Source: Candidatus Spongiisociaceae bacterium
GTDB lineage: Bacteria > Actinomycetota > Acidimicrobiia > Spongiisociales > Spongiisociaceae
DNA: 64,000 nt
Assembly (NCBI GenBank): GCA_965262915.1
Contig: OZ253564.1
Span: 4,704,001 to 4,768,000 of the forward strand
Direction: 5' to 3'
Under the pieces are notes generated by a model. The model searched no databases, was not told the origin of the DNA, and saw only the letters and a list, made by a program, of their open reading frames with translations. The position numbers and the translations under genes are program-made. Shown here in pieces: positions 39,710 through 49,835 of this stretch. Each line of letters begins with the position of its first letter. Position 1 is the stretch's first letter.

Positions 39710-39755
39710 CCGGGTCTGTCTCCCGGGAGCAGGACACGAATCACGGTCCAGCAGG

Positions 39756-40277
39756 TCACGACTGGGCCCCCAGACCCTCGGGTACGGTCGCCATCCAATC
39801 CTGCAACCGGTCCATGTCGTGCATCATCGGCCCCATGCCGTACTCCGAGTACTCGTACTCGGGCGTCCAGAACAATGCGTCGAAGGGGCATACCTCCACG
39901 CAGATACCGCAGTACATGCACAGCGCGTAGTCGATATCGAAGCGGTCGAGGGTGGCCCGCGCCCGGGAACGGCCGCCGGGTCGGGTGGGGGGCTTCATCT
40001 CCTTATGGCCCTCGATGTAGATGCACCAGTCGGGGCAGGAGCGGGCGCACAGCATGCACACCGTGCAGGCCTCCTGCTCGAGGGCAATCACGCCCCGTGC
40101 CCTGGGCACCGGGGTCTCCTTTATCTTCGGGTAGTTGACGGTGGACCGCAGCCCCACCCGGCCACCGCTCAGGTTGAAGGCCCAGGTCCGCAGCATGGTC
40201 GTGAACGTGACCCGCATCCCGGTCAGCATCCCTAGCTTGGGGACCTTGCGCAGATTGCGCAACCCGGACAGTTTCAT
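39756..40277 (-). CDS. nuoI: NADH-quinone oxidoreductase subunit I
   Basis: Two CxxCxxCxxxCP motifs. Confidence 0.93.
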   Translation of the reverse strand: MKLSGLRNLRKVPKLGMLTGMRVTFTTMLRTWAFNLSGGRVGLRSTVNYPKIKETPVPRARGVIALEQEACTVCMLCARSCPDWCIYIEGHKEMKPPTRPGGRSRARATLDRFDIDYALCMYCGICVEVCPFDALFWTPEYEYSEYGMGPMMHDMDRLQDWMATVPEGLGAQS

Positions 40278-41270
40278 CTAAACCACCACCTTCAGGATTG
40301 CCGTCACGATTATGTTGCCGATCGAGATCGGGATCAACCACTTCCAGGCCAGCGTCTGGAGCTGGTCCTCGCGGAGCCGGGGCAGGGTCCACCGGATCCA
40401 GATCATCAGGAACACCAGGATCCCGATTTTGGCGAACACGATGAGCGGCGACAGCAGGCTGTCGGTTGGGATCCCCCAGAAGCCGTAACCGCCCAGGAAG
40501 AGGGTCACCGCGATGGCCGACATGGTGAACATGTTGGTGAACTCGGCCAGGAAGAAGAACAGGAAGCGGAAGCCCGAGTACTCGGTGACGTAGCCCATCA
40601 CCAACTCCGACTCGGCGATGGGCATGTCGAAGGGCAGCCGGGTCAACTCCGCGAGCGTTGCGATCATGAAGATGGCCAGGCCCACGAACTGGGTGATGAG
40701 GAAGGGCCATCCCTGGGCCACCTGAGCCTGGACGATTCCCTGCATCGACATGGTGCCCGCCTGGATCACTACCCCCACCGTGGCCAGGACGAGGGGTAGC
40801 TCGTACGCGATCAACTGCCCAGCGGCCCGCAATCCTCCCATCATGGAGTACTTGTTGGCCGACGACCATCCCGCCATCAGCACCCCGATGGTGCTGATCG
40901 ACGATACGGCCAGGGCGTAGAAGATCCCCACTTCGAGGTCGCGGACTATGCCGTAGCGGGACGGGTGCAGGGGGATGACGACCAGCAGCGCCATCGTCCC
41001 CATCATGACCAGGGCCGGCGCCCACTTGAAGACCGGCCGGTCCGCCTCGGCGGGAACGATGTCCTCCTTCTGGATGAACTTGACCCCGTCGGCGATGAGC
41101 TGCGCCCACCCGTACCGGCCGCCGGCGAAGTAGGGCCCCACCCTGCTCTGCATATGGGCCGACAGCTTCATCTCGGCGTAGCCGATCACTATCCCGATGG
41201 CCGGCACCGCCGCCGCAACCACGGCCAGCTTGATGCCGAGGTCCAACCAGAAGACCAGCGCCAGCGTCAT
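40278..41270 (-). CDS. nuoH: NADH-quinone oxidoreductase subunit H
   Basis: QSRVGP, ADGVKFIQKED, GWSSANKYS, RLPFDMPIAESEL, PRLREDQ. Start re-called at ATG 41270. Confidence 0.95.
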   Translation of the reverse strand: MTLALVFWLDLGIKLAVVAAAVPAIGIVIGYAEMKLSAHMQSRVGPYFAGGRYGWAQLIADGVKFIQKEDIVPAEADRPVFKWAPALVMMGTMALLVVIPLHPSRYGIVRDLEVGIFYALAVSSISTIGVLMAGWSSANKYSMMGGLRAAGQLIAYELPLVLATVGVVIQAGTMSMQGIVQAQVAQGWPFLITQFVGLAIFMIATLAELTRLPFDMPIAESELVMGYVTEYSGFRFLFFFLAEFTNMFTMSAIAVTLFLGGYGFWGIPTDSLLSPLIVFAKIGILVFLMIWIRWTLPRLREDQLQTLAWKWLIPISIGNIIVTAILKVVV

Positions 41271-42451
41271 CGGTCCACGTCTCCCAACACGAAGTCGAGC
41301 GAACCCATGATGGCGATGAAGTCCGGCACCAGGGCCTTCTCCAGTATCCAGGGGAGGATGGACAGGTTGGAGAACGATGCCGAGCGAATCTTGAGCCGGT
41401 AGGGGCCCAGGCCGCCAAGGGAGACCAGGTGGTAACCCATCTCCCCTTTGGGGTTCTCGGCGCGTACGTAGGTCTCTCCCGGAGGGACCTTGATAATGCG
41501 GGGGACCTTGGCCTGGAGGGGACCGGACGGGATCCCGTCGATGGCCTGGCGGATGATGCGGGCCGACTGGCGGATCTCCTGGAGGCGCACCCACCACCGG
41601 TCCCAGCAGTCACCGTTCTCCCCCACCGGGATGTCGAAGTCGAAACCGTCGTAGGGCAGGTAATCGGACACTTTCCGCAGGTCGAAGGGGCATCCCGATG
41701 CCCGCAGGTTGGGTCCCGACACACCGTAGGAGGCGCCCACCTCGACCGGCAGGACCCCCACCCCCTTGGTGCGGGCCAGGAACACCTCGTTACCGGCCAC
41801 CAGGCGCTCTAGCTCTTCGCACGTCGCCTCCACCTTGCCCATCGCATCGCGGGTCTCGGCCAGGAAACCGGCCGGGATGTCCATACCCGCCCGCTTGGTG
41901 ATGGGTCCGGCGGCATAGACCGGCCTGACGCCTCCGATCCGGTTGAAGTTGGGGTGGAAACGGCCCCCGGTGACCGATTCGAGCAGGTCGAGCACACGCT
42001 CCCGCTCCCGCAGGGCGAAGAACAGCGGGGTGGCGGCACCCAGCTCCAAGGGGTAGGAGGCCATGAAGACCAGATGGGACGATATACGGGCCATCTCGGT
42101 GAGCACCAGCCTGATCCACTGGGCGCGGGCCGGCGCCTCGACACCCATGAGGCGCTCCGCGGCCACGATGAAGGGCACCTCGTTGGCGAACCCCGACACC
42201 CAGTCGATCCGGTTGACGATGGTGGTGATCTGGGGATAGGTGCGGACCTCGGCGAGCTTCTCGTAGCCCCTGTGCATGTACCCGATCACCGGGCGCACGT
42301 TGGTGGCCCGCTCGCCGTCGATGGTGGCGATGAGGCGCAGCACCCCGTGGGTTGAAGGGTGCTGGGGACCGATGTTGAGGGTCATCCCCTCGGTCTCCAA
42401 CTCGACCGACACCGCTACCTCCGACAGGTGGTGGGTCAGGGCGCGGTCCAT
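41267..42451 (-). CDS. nuoD: NADH-quinone oxidoreductase subunit D
   Basis: NIGPQHPSTHGVLRL, GYMHRGYEK, ENPKGE, GDVDR. Start re-called at ATG 42451. Confidence 0.95.
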   Translation of the reverse strand: MDRALTHHLSEVAVSVELETEGMTLNIGPQHPSTHGVLRLIATIDGERATNVRPVIGYMHRGYEKLAEVRTYPQITTIVNRIDWVSGFANEVPFIVAAERLMGVEAPARAQWIRLVLTEMARISSHLVFMASYPLELGAATPLFFALRERERVLDLLESVTGGRFHPNFNRIGGVRPVYAAGPITKRAGMDIPAGFLAETRDAMGKVEATCEELERLVAGNEVFLARTKGVGVLPVEVGASYGVSGPNLRASGCPFDLRKVSDYLPYDGFDFDIPVGENGDCWDRWWVRLQEIRQSARIIRQAIDGIPSGPLQAKVPRIIKVPPGETYVRAENPKGEMGYHLVSLGGLGPYRLKIRSASFSNLSILPWILEKALVPDFIAIMGSLDFVLGDVDR

Positions 42452-42453
42452 CA

Positions 42454-42615
42454 GTGGTCTGCCTGTGAAATGGCTTCGTGACATGCGCCGGCAGCGGCGT
42501 TTCTCGCAAGGCCCGCCGACGAAGGCGTACCCGCAGGGTACATCGAGGAGGCGGAACACCGCGAGGGACGTCGATGGCAAGCAGGGCACGGAAAGTTGTT
42601 TTGCAGGCAGACCAC
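42454..42615. mobile_element. 162-bp MITE between nuoC and nuoD
   Basis: TIRs GTGGTCTGCCTG(tgaaa) and (ttttg)CAGGCAGACCAC. Flanks are TCA and TTA. Internal hairpin GTACCC-GCA-GGGTAC. Confidence 0.75.
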
Positions 42616-43218
42616 TTACACCCCCGGGTTCACGGTCGAGGGCCCCGTGCCCTTCTCGGGCATATCCTCCACGTCCACTTTCCCGGGCCAGGGCTTCACC
42701 TCGCGGCTCAACAACGGGAAACTCTTGCGCAGGGGATGACCCTCGAAGGCGTCGGGAAGGTACAGCTTGGTGAGATCGGGATGGCCGACGAAGTCGATCC
42801 CGAACATCTCCGCCGCTTCCCGCTCGTGCCAGTTGGCGCCGGCGTAAACGTCGGCGATGCTGTCGATCGACGGTGAGTCATGATCGATGTCGGCCGAGAT
42901 GAGCACCAGCCTCCCATCGGCCAGATCCGAGACCGCGCACAGCATCTCGTAGCGTTCCTCCACTGGCTCGCCATGCTCATCCCCCACCGCCACGTCGTTG
43001 GACCAGTCGATGGCCGACAACCACGAGAGGAAGATGAGACCTAGGTCGTCGCGGGCCGCGGTCAGAGCATCCTTCCAGACCGGGGCGGCCACCCTCACCT
43101 TGGCGGTACCGTGAGCCACCTCGGCCCGGCCGCCCACCACGGAAGCGACCGTGGCGGCGAAGTGGCCGAGCGCATCGGCGGTCTCGGGTGCGGCGGTTTC
43201 AGACGGGCCGACGGTCAC
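42616..43218 (-). CDS. nuoC: NADH-quinone oxidoreductase subunit C
   Basis: [30 protein letters not shown]. Confidence 0.93.
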   Translation of the reverse strand: MTVGPSETAAPETADALGHFAATVASVVGGRAEVAHGTAKVRVAAPVWKDALTAARDDLGLIFLSWLSAIDWSNDVAVGDEHGEPVEERYEMLCAVSDLADGRLVLISADIDHDSPSIDSIADVYAGANWHEREAAEMFGIDFVGHPDLTKLYLPDAFEGHPLRKSFPLLSREVKPWPGKVDVEDMPEKGTGPSTVNPGV

Positions 43219-43699
43219 GCTGCTTCCACTTCTCTCGCACATCCTCCTGGCGGATCTTCTCCTGCAGCAGGACGATCCCGTCCATCAGGGCCTCCGGGCG
43301 GGGCGGGCAACCGGGAACGTACACATCGACGGGAATGATCTGATCCACACCCTTGGTCACCGAGTAGGAGTCCCAGTAGGGGCCGCCGCAGTTGGAGCAG
43401 GACCCCATCGAGATCACGTACTTGGGCTCGGGCATCTGCTCGTAGAGACGCTTGATGGCCGGCGCCATCTTGTCGGTGACGGTTCCCGCCACCACCATCA
43501 GGTCGGCCTGTCGCGGGGAGGCGGGGAGGGGAATAATGCCGAAACGCATGAAGTCGTAGCGGGGACCGGAGGCGGCCATCATCTCGATGGCACAACAGGC
43601 CAGGCCGAACTGGAACAACCAGAGCGAGTAGCGGCGCGACCAGTTGAGCAACCAGGAAACCGGCCGCAGACCGCCGAAGCGCTCGGCGACTATGCCCAC
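43199..43699 (-). CDS. nuoB: NADH-quinone oxidoreductase subunit B
   Basis: [35 protein letters not shown]. Confidence 0.95.
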   Translation of the reverse strand: MGIVAERFGGLRPVSWLLNWSRRYSLWLFQFGLACCAIEMMAASGPRYDFMRFGIIPLPASPRQADLMVVAGTVTDKMAPAIKRLYEQMPEPKYVISMGSCSNCGGPYWDSYSVTKGVDQIIPVDVYVPGCPPRPEALMDGIVLLQEKIRQEDVREKWKQRDRRPV

Positions 43700-43733
43700 G
43701 ATCCAACACCCACCGATCTGATCCCCAAGACTC

Positions 43734-44099
43734 TCACTCCCACTTGAGTACCCCCTTGCGAACCGCGTATAGCAGCCCTTCGAGCAAGGTGAGGAGGAAG
43801 ATGACGATGGCGATCACGCCCGGAAGACCCAGCTCCTCGGAAACGATCGCCCAAGGGAAGATGAACACCGCTTCCACGTCGAACACCACGAAGAGCAGCC
43901 CGAAGATGTAATAGCGCACGAAGGTCTGGTTCCAGCCCTCGCCCACCGGGTCGACGCCGCACTCGTAGGTGGTCATCTTCTCCTTGCCGGGATTGGAGGG
44001 ACGGACCAGGAAGGTGAGGCCCAGCGTGAGGGCCACCAGGATAACGCCGAAAGCCGCAAAGGCGGCCACCGCGACGTAGTCCTGGAAGTATTCGCTCAC
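43734..44099 (-). CDS. nuoA: NADH-quinone oxidoreductase subunit A
   Basis: [28 protein letters not shown]. Confidence 0.93.
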   Translation of the reverse strand: MSEYFQDYVAVAAFAAFGVILVALTLGLTFLVRPSNPGKEKMTTYECGVDPVGEGWNQTFVRYYIFGLLFVVFDVEAVFIFPWAIVSEELGLPGVIAIVIFLLTLLEGLLYAVRKGVLKWE

Positions 44100-44263
44100 G
44101 GTTGCTCCACCGTCGTTTTCCGGTTGCCTGCCCCGGCTGCTCGGGTCCGGTTCCATACCGCCGCATCCGGGCGGCACCGGGGCACTTTCCGGACCACCCG
44201 AACCATGGCGAGTATAGGTGCCGACCCCGGACCGATGAATTCCGCCGGGCTAGCGTGCGGGGC

Positions 44264-45400
44264 GTGACCGACACATCGGAGCCGCGGACCCCGGACTATT
44301 CGGGGGGATCGCTCAACAACCTGGTGGCCGAGTTGGAATGGCGCCTGACCGGATCCGCCCCGGCGCCCCGACTGCATGCCCGTCTAGCCGAGCAGATCCC
44401 CGAAGCGGCCACCTACGTGCTCTTCCTGATCGACGGGCTCGGCGTCCATCAACTGGGCCATCCGGCGGCCGTCTCGTTGGCCGCCGCCCACCGTGGGACG
44501 ATCGACGCTCCCTTCCCGACCACCACCACCGTGAGCCTCGCCACGGTGGCCACCGGCCTGCCCCCGAGCCAGCACGGCTGGATCGGACACTTCGTCCTGC
44601 TACCCGGCCATCCGAGACCGATCAACTCGCTTAGATGGGTGGACTCAACCGGCCGGGCGGTTCCGTCATACGCGCCCCGCCTCCTCCCCGGACCCAACCT
44701 CTGGGAGAGGCTGGCAATGGCGGGAACGGAGCCGATCACCATCCAGCCGGCCACCTACGCCGACACCCCCTTGACCAAGGCGCTCTACCGGGGATGCCGG
44801 TTCGAGGGGGTGGTCAACACCGGCGACCTGGTCCGGGCCACGGTGGATCTGGCGAGGGAACCCGGCCGGCTGATCTTCACCTATTACCCGGCGGTCGACA
44901 TCGCAGCCCACATGCGGGGATCGGCGAGCCCCGCATATGCTGCCGCCCTCGCCGACGTGGCCGGTGCCTGGGACCGGATCGCCGCCCACCTTCCGGCTCA
45001 CGCCGCCATGGTGGGAACAGCCGACCATGGCGTGGTCGCCATCGCCGAGTCGGGCAAGCACCGGCTGTACGGTCGGGATACACCGGGTCTCACGCTGTTC
45101 GGGGATCCCCGGTCCCTGTACGTCAAGGGTGATGGAGAGTGGATCGAGGAGTTGGGGGCCGGTCTTCCCGCCACGTGGTACCCGAGGGAAAGCCTGGAAG
45201 CTCTGTGGGGATCGGCGGGTGGCCCGAGCACCGCAGGTCGGCCTGCGCCGTTGATCAAACCGGACGGCGCGTTCCTCGCCCACGAAGGCCGTGTGCTTCT
45301 CCCCGGTCATATGGACAGACGCCTGGTCGGGTACCACGGAGGCCTTGACTCTCGCGAGGTAGAGATCCCCGTCCTCGTGGTACCGCCACAGGGCCGATGA
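44264..45400 (+). CDS. Alkaline phosphatase superfamily / nucleotide pyrophosphatase
   Basis: LIDGLG, FPTTT, DIAAH, TADHG, GYHGG. Confidence 0.85.
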   Translation: MTDTSEPRTPDYSGGSLNNLVAELEWRLTGSAPAPRLHARLAEQIPEAATYVLFLIDGLGVHQLGHPAAVSLAAAHRGTIDAPFPTTTTVSLATVATGLPPSQHGWIGHFVLLPGHPRPINSLRWVDSTGRAVPSYAPRLLPGPNLWERLAMAGTEPITIQPATYADTPLTKALYRGCRFEGVVNTGDLVRATVDLAREPGRLIFTYYPAVDIAAHMRGSASPAYAAALADVAGAWDRIAAHLPAHAAMVGTADHGVVAIAESGKHRLYGRDTPGLTLFGDPRSLYVKGDGEWIEELGAGLPATWYPRESLEALWGSAGGPSTAGRPAPLIKPDGAFLAHEGRVLLPGHMDRRLVGYHGGLDSREVEIPVLVVPPQGR

Positions 45401-45447
45401 GGAGCATCCGGCGGGATCGAACGGTCATCATCCGGAAAAGTGCCTAG

Positions 45448-45546
45448 GAGGGTGGTGTGGAACCCCTTCACGGCCCGTCGACCGATGACATAATGCCTGT
45501 TCAGAGGAAGACGGGTCGTTGCTCCCCACCGTTTTAGACCACCCTC
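45448..45546. mobile_element. Possible degenerate 99-bp MITE
   Basis: Ends GAGGGTGGTgtggaac and gttttagACCACCCTC; flanks CTAG and CTCG. Confidence 0.4.
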
Positions 45547-45600
45547 CTCGGGCAGGAGTTGGCTCCGGCTAACCTCCTGACCAGGCGAAAGGACGCTGTC

Positions 45601-46113
45601 TTGGATGTTTCCGATCTCGCTTTGTTGATCCTTCGTATGTGGATCGGGGTGGTCATGTTCGTTCACGGCGCCAATCATGCCCGCACCGCCGCAGGGACCG
45701 GCCGCTGGCTCAAACGGGTCGGATGGCGAGCCCCCCGGTTTCAAGCGTGGCTGTTGTCCATAGTCGAAATCGCAATAGGTGTCGGGCTGGTCCTCGGCTT
45801 GATGACTACCCCCGCGGCGGCCGGTACCGTAGCCATCGTGCTGGTCGCCTTCCTTACGGAACACCTGCGCAACGGCTTCTTCATATTCAACAAGGGCCAA
45901 GGTTACGAGTACGTGGTCACGTTGGCCGCCGCAGGCTCGGCGCTGGCCCTCCTCGGTGCCGGTGAGTGGTCGTTGGACATGGTTCTCGACATCAACCTGA
46001 GCGGCGTCAGCCGAAGCCAGATCCTCTTGGCTGTCATGGGCCTCGGAATAGTCCACGTAGCCGCCTCCTGGCGGCCCGGCCTGATCGGAGAGGGCGCTAC
46101 CAAATCCGGGTAA
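45601..46113 (+). CDS. DoxX-family membrane protein
   Basis: LLILRMWIGVVMFVHG, EIAIG, GYEY, GAGEWSLD. Confidence 0.85.
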   Translation: MDVSDLALLILRMWIGVVMFVHGANHARTAAGTGRWLKRVGWRAPRFQAWLLSIVEIAIGVGLVLGLMTTPAAAGTVAIVLVAFLTEHLRNGFFIFNKGQGYEYVVTLAAAGSALALLGAGEWSLDMVLDINLSGVSRSQILLAVMGLGIVHVAASWRPGLIGEGATKSG

Positions 46114-46236
46114 TGAGTAGCCGGTAGCTCGGTCCGCCTACGGGACCCGCACGCCGAAGATGCCCGCCGATAGGCGGCTACTCCCAGGGACGCGCGCCGA
46201 CAGCCGTTTGCAACCTCGCGAAACTCTTTCCGAGCA

Positions 46237-46454
46237 AGGGGGTTGACGCTGTCATATCCGTGCCGCATAGTGAGTAACGCCAAACACCGGAGCAGGTTCG
46301 AACAGGCGTCACTCGACCGCTCAAGGGATCATCTTCTCGGAACGAGTCGCCCCTACCGGTGCGGAAGTGGAGCGCGTTCGGAGCCCAGGAAAGGTGGCGG
46401 TGGGGGAGGGCCCAGCGGGGTGGCCCTTTAGGGCGAATTTCGCGACCTGGCACC
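46237..46454 (+). repeat. ~215-bp dispersed element, copy 1 (promoter + conserved core)
   Basis: Collinear similarity to 53841-54058. TTGACG-N17-CATAGT. Identical 20-mer GAGCCCAGGAAAGGTGGCGG. Confidence 0.8.
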
Positions 46455-46548
46455 TGGCGGTTCATGGTCCACAGAGGACGTCCATATCCCCGCATCCCGA
46501 GAGCGGCAACGAGGAACCTTCGACCGGCAACCGGTCAATAGTCATTGA

Positions 46549-47964
46549 TCACCGACACAGGGGCTCGTACCGCACTCCCCGGTCCGAGAGCCGCTCCAGG
46601 ACCATCTCAAGGCCTCGGACGGTCTGGGCGCGGTTGCCGCCACCGTCGTGCATCAGCACGATCGACCCGTCGGTGACCTGAGACACGATACGGTCGGCGA
46701 TCTCCGCAGCGTTGAGACCCAGCCAGTCGTTGGCGCTGACCGACCACAGATACACTTCCAGCCCGTGTTCGGCCGCCCACTCCCGGGTGTGTTTCCCGGT
46801 GGCCGCGTAGGGAGGTCGCAGGCACGGGGTGGCGTGTTCGCCGAGGATCTCCTGGGTCCGGCTGATCGTCCGGTCGAACTCCTCCCGGGACAGTTTAGCG
46901 AGGTTCTCGTGCCCCCAGGTGTGATTGGCCACGGTATGGCCCTCCGAGACGATCCTCTCGAAGAGATCCGGGTGGCGCTCCACGAGCGACCCGAGGACGA
47001 AGAAGGTGGCCCGGGCACCATGGCGGGCGAGGATGTCGAGTACCTGGGGCGTGTTGGAGGGGTGGGGACCGTCGTCGAACGTCAGGTAAACGATGTCTCC
47101 GGACTCGATGCCGGATCTGGCAGGCGCCGCAACGGGTCGGGGCTTCTCCGGTTCGGGTTCGGGTTCGGGTTCGGGTGACACGACCCGAATGGTCAGCCCG
47201 TAATCGCTGAAGTCCTCGTCCGAGGAGACCACGCTCACCCGCCAGGCACCACCGGAGGGCAGGGCCGCTTCCACGCGCTGCTGCTGCTCGGCCTCCGAGA
47301 GGATCACATCGTCGCCCAGCCACACTTCGAGCCACACGCCCGGACGTGCGTCGAGCGTGGCCGTGAACCTCTGTCCGGCCGCGGCCTCGACCGCGTAGAC
47401 CTGCGGGCGCTGAGGCCCTACGGTTCCCGTCACGACGGCGCGGATCTCTCCGCCGTCGAACCGCACATCGATGTCGGGCCGGTAGGGGCCCGACAGCAGG
47501 ATGTTGTTGTCCGGTGTCGGGGTCGCCATCCCCGGCTCGGGCGCATTGGTCTGGGTGTCCGGCTCCTGCTCGGGGGACGACGTGGGGAGTTCCTCCTCAA
47601 TGCCGGACTCCTCGCTACCGGACCGACTAGCGGAGGGCGGTGCCTCGACATCCTCTACCGGGTCGGGACCCCGCGCCCCGACATCCCCGTCACCAGCAGG
47701 TTCGGTGGCATCCCGGGCGGCGGCCTCCCGAACCGTGGTGGAACTCCCCGAAGTTCCACCGTCAGGCTGCGGCGTCGTATCACTCCCGGGCAGGGTGGTC
47801 CCGGTGGCGCCGTCGACCTCCTCGACGACCGTGGCGGAGACGGAGGAAGTCGGAGACGGTTCGGATCGGTCCTCGCCCGGTGCTGAACACGCAGCTACGG
47901 ATACGAGCGCCGCAAGGACGAGGAGATACGGCGCCCCCCGGTGGCGAATCACCGAGGCGCGCAC
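46549..47964 (-). CDS. Polysaccharide deacetylase (CE4/NodB) lipoprotein with low-complexity linker
   Basis: Lipobox VAAC, (PE)n linker, YLTFDDGP, NHTWGH, RPPY, IVLMHD. Confidence 0.88.
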   Translation of the reverse strand: MRASVIRHRGAPYLLVLAALVSVAACSAPGEDRSEPSPTSSVSATVVEEVDGATGTTLPGSDTTPQPDGGTSGSSTTVREAAARDATEPAGDGDVGARGPDPVEDVEAPPSASRSGSEESGIEEELPTSSPEQEPDTQTNAPEPGMATPTPDNNILLSGPYRPDIDVRFDGGEIRAVVTGTVGPQRPQVYAVEAAAGQRFTATLDARPGVWLEVWLGDDVILSEAEQQQRVEAALPSGGAWRVSVVSSDEDFSDYGLTIRVVSPEPEPEPEPEKPRPVAAPARSGIESGDIVYLTFDDGPHPSNTPQVLDILARHGARATFFVLGSLVERHPDLFERIVSEGHTVANHTWGHENLAKLSREEFDRTISRTQEILGEHATPCLRPPYAATGKHTREWAAEHGLEVYLWSVSANDWLGLNAAEIADRIVSQVTDGSIVLMHDGGGNRAQTVRGLEMVLERLSDRGVRYEPLCR

Positions 47965-48191
47965 CCTACGAAGGGCTCATCCGAACCGGGGCTCCAAGGA
48001 ATGGGCATGACCACCCTCAAGATATCGAAGCCGAGGATATAGCCGGGAGCACACCTGAAGGGGGATCTTTGATACCGAATCGGTCGCCGGACCGGAGGTC
48101 ACCTCCAAGGTGGCTGTCGGCCGGAACGCGGCCGGACTCGGAGAGCTCGGTTTCTTCAGCGAACGATGGCCGACGCACCGGATCGGTTGAC

Positions 48192-49157
48192 CTACGGTTC
48201 GATCAATACCTTGCCGGTGGTGGCCCGGCCTTCGAGCGCCCGGTGGGCGTCGGCGGCTGCTTCGAGGGGATACCGAGCGCCGATCCGCACCTCCAGACCG
48301 TCCGCTATCGAGGCGAAGAGTTGCTCGGACATCGCCAGCAGGGAATCGCGGGAAGCCACATGGTCGAACAAGGTGGGCCGCGTGAAGAACAGGGACCCGT
48401 TGGCGCTCAGGACCAGCGGGTCGACCGGATCCACGGCCCCAGAGGCATTCCCGAACGCCACCATCAGACCGAAACGGCGGAGGAGGCCGAACCCGGCCGA
48501 TACGGTGGCCCTTCCGACCCCGTCGTAGATCACGTCCAGGGGTCGCTCGCCGCCGATCTCCTGGACCCGTTCGGCGAAGTCCTCCCGGCTGTAGACGATC
48601 ACGTGATCCGCTCCGGCAGCCCTGGAGATCTCGGCCTTGGCGTCGTTCCCGACCGTGGTGTATACCGTAGCGCCCAACCGCTTGGCCATCTGGGTTAGCA
48701 GCAGGCCCACACCCCCGGCGCCGGCATGGACCAGGCACGCCGATCCGGCCTCCAGCCGGTAGGTCTCGGTCGCCAGGTAGAGGGCGGTGAGTCCCTGGAG
48801 CATCGATGCCGATGCCGTGTCGAGAGATACATTCTCGGGAACCGGGACCAGTTGGTCGGCGGGAACCACCGCCCGCTCGGCATAGGCGCCCAGTACCGAA
48901 CAGAAGGCCACCCGGTCCCCCGTCGACAGACCGGCGACCGAGGACCCGACCGATGCGACCGTACCGGCCGCCTCAAGTCCGGGTGTGAACGGCATCCCGG
49001 CCGGGTAGAGGCCGGTCCGGTGATAGGTGTCGATGAAGTTCAGCCCGGCCGCCCCCAGCTCAACAAGGACCTCGCCGGGTCCGGGTACCGGCTCATCGAC
49101 TTCTTCGACCACCAGAACCTCGGGACCGCCCAATCGGCGGATCACGACAGCACGCAT
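48192..49157 (-). CDS. qor: NADPH:quinone oxidoreductase (zeta-crystallin/MDR)
   Basis: GLNFIDTYHRTGLY, HAGAGGVG, YDGVG, FGNASG, TTGK. Confidence 0.9.
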   Translation of the reverse strand: MRAVVIRRLGGPEVLVVEEVDEPVPGPGEVLVELGAAGLNFIDTYHRTGLYPAGMPFTPGLEAAGTVASVGSSVAGLSTGDRVAFCSVLGAYAERAVVPADQLVPVPENVSLDTASASMLQGLTALYLATETYRLEAGSACLVHAGAGGVGLLLTQMAKRLGATVYTTVGNDAKAEISRAAGADHVIVYSREDFAERVQEIGGERPLDVIYDGVGRATVSAGFGLLRRFGLMVAFGNASGAVDPVDPLVLSANGSLFFTRPTLFDHVASRDSLLAMSEQLFASIADGLEVRIGARYPLEAAADAHRALEGRATTGKVLIEP

Positions 49158-49421
49158 CGACCTACCTCCTCGGATCGTGGCTCCTCCAGCAGTACGTTAC
49201 TCAGCGGAGGCGCGCATTCGGCAAGTGTGACACTGTCTCCAATGCTCGTGACGGTCTGGGCAGCACGCGGTATCTAGGGCCGCTGGATCACAAACTCCGA
49301 ACCATTCGCCTACCGACACGGTCGTTGGCAATCATCGCAAGGCACACCATTTCAAGCTGCTCCTAGGGATTCCGCGACATCGAGAAGTCCTTGTGGCATC
49401 ACGGTTTTCGGTCGCTGATCG

Positions 49422-49754
49422 CTACGCCGAGGGTACCTTCGCACCCATCTGGTGGGCCGGGTCCCGCAACTCCTCGGGAGTCCGGAACAAACAAGTCGCC
49501 CACAGATCTTCACCGAATTCGGCGATGAACCGATCAGCGACCATATCTCTGTAGCGGTAGATCTCGTCCAGCGGCCATCCATCATGACCGTCTCCGTGGG
49601 GAGGTAGTTCAACGACAGGTAGGGCCACCCACCCGTCCAAGTCGCCGGGAGTGGGAATGATTCGCAAATATCGGATACGCGCCGGATCACCCATACGCGC
49701 CAGCTCTTCGTTGATGCGAATGAGAAGGCTCTCACTCTTCTGACGGAGGTTCAT
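49422..49754 (-). CDS. Hypothetical protein (~110 aa, lower GC)
   Basis: Fills an intergenic gap, has protein-like composition and an AT-rich upstream region; no family recognised. Confidence 0.55.
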   Translation of the reverse strand: MNLRQKSESLLIRINEELARMGDPARIRYLRIIPTPGDLDGWVALPVVELPPHGDGHDGWPLDEIYRYRDMVADRFIAEFGEDLWATCLFRTPEELRDPAHQMGAKVPSA

Positions 49755-49835
49755 CACACCGAGTCTAGCCCGAGTCTCGGCGCGGGGATGCTTAGATAGC
49801 AAACTATTCTCGTTGGTTTCAATATAAAGTAATCA

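Noticed and set aside
42452-42589. N-terminal extension of NuoD given by the ORF track
   Set aside because: It is read-through of the MITE; NuoD-like sequence begins at ATG 42451
47149-47175. (GGTTCG)n microsatellite
   Set aside because: Encodes an ordinary (PE)n linker; 6-nt units cannot shift the frame
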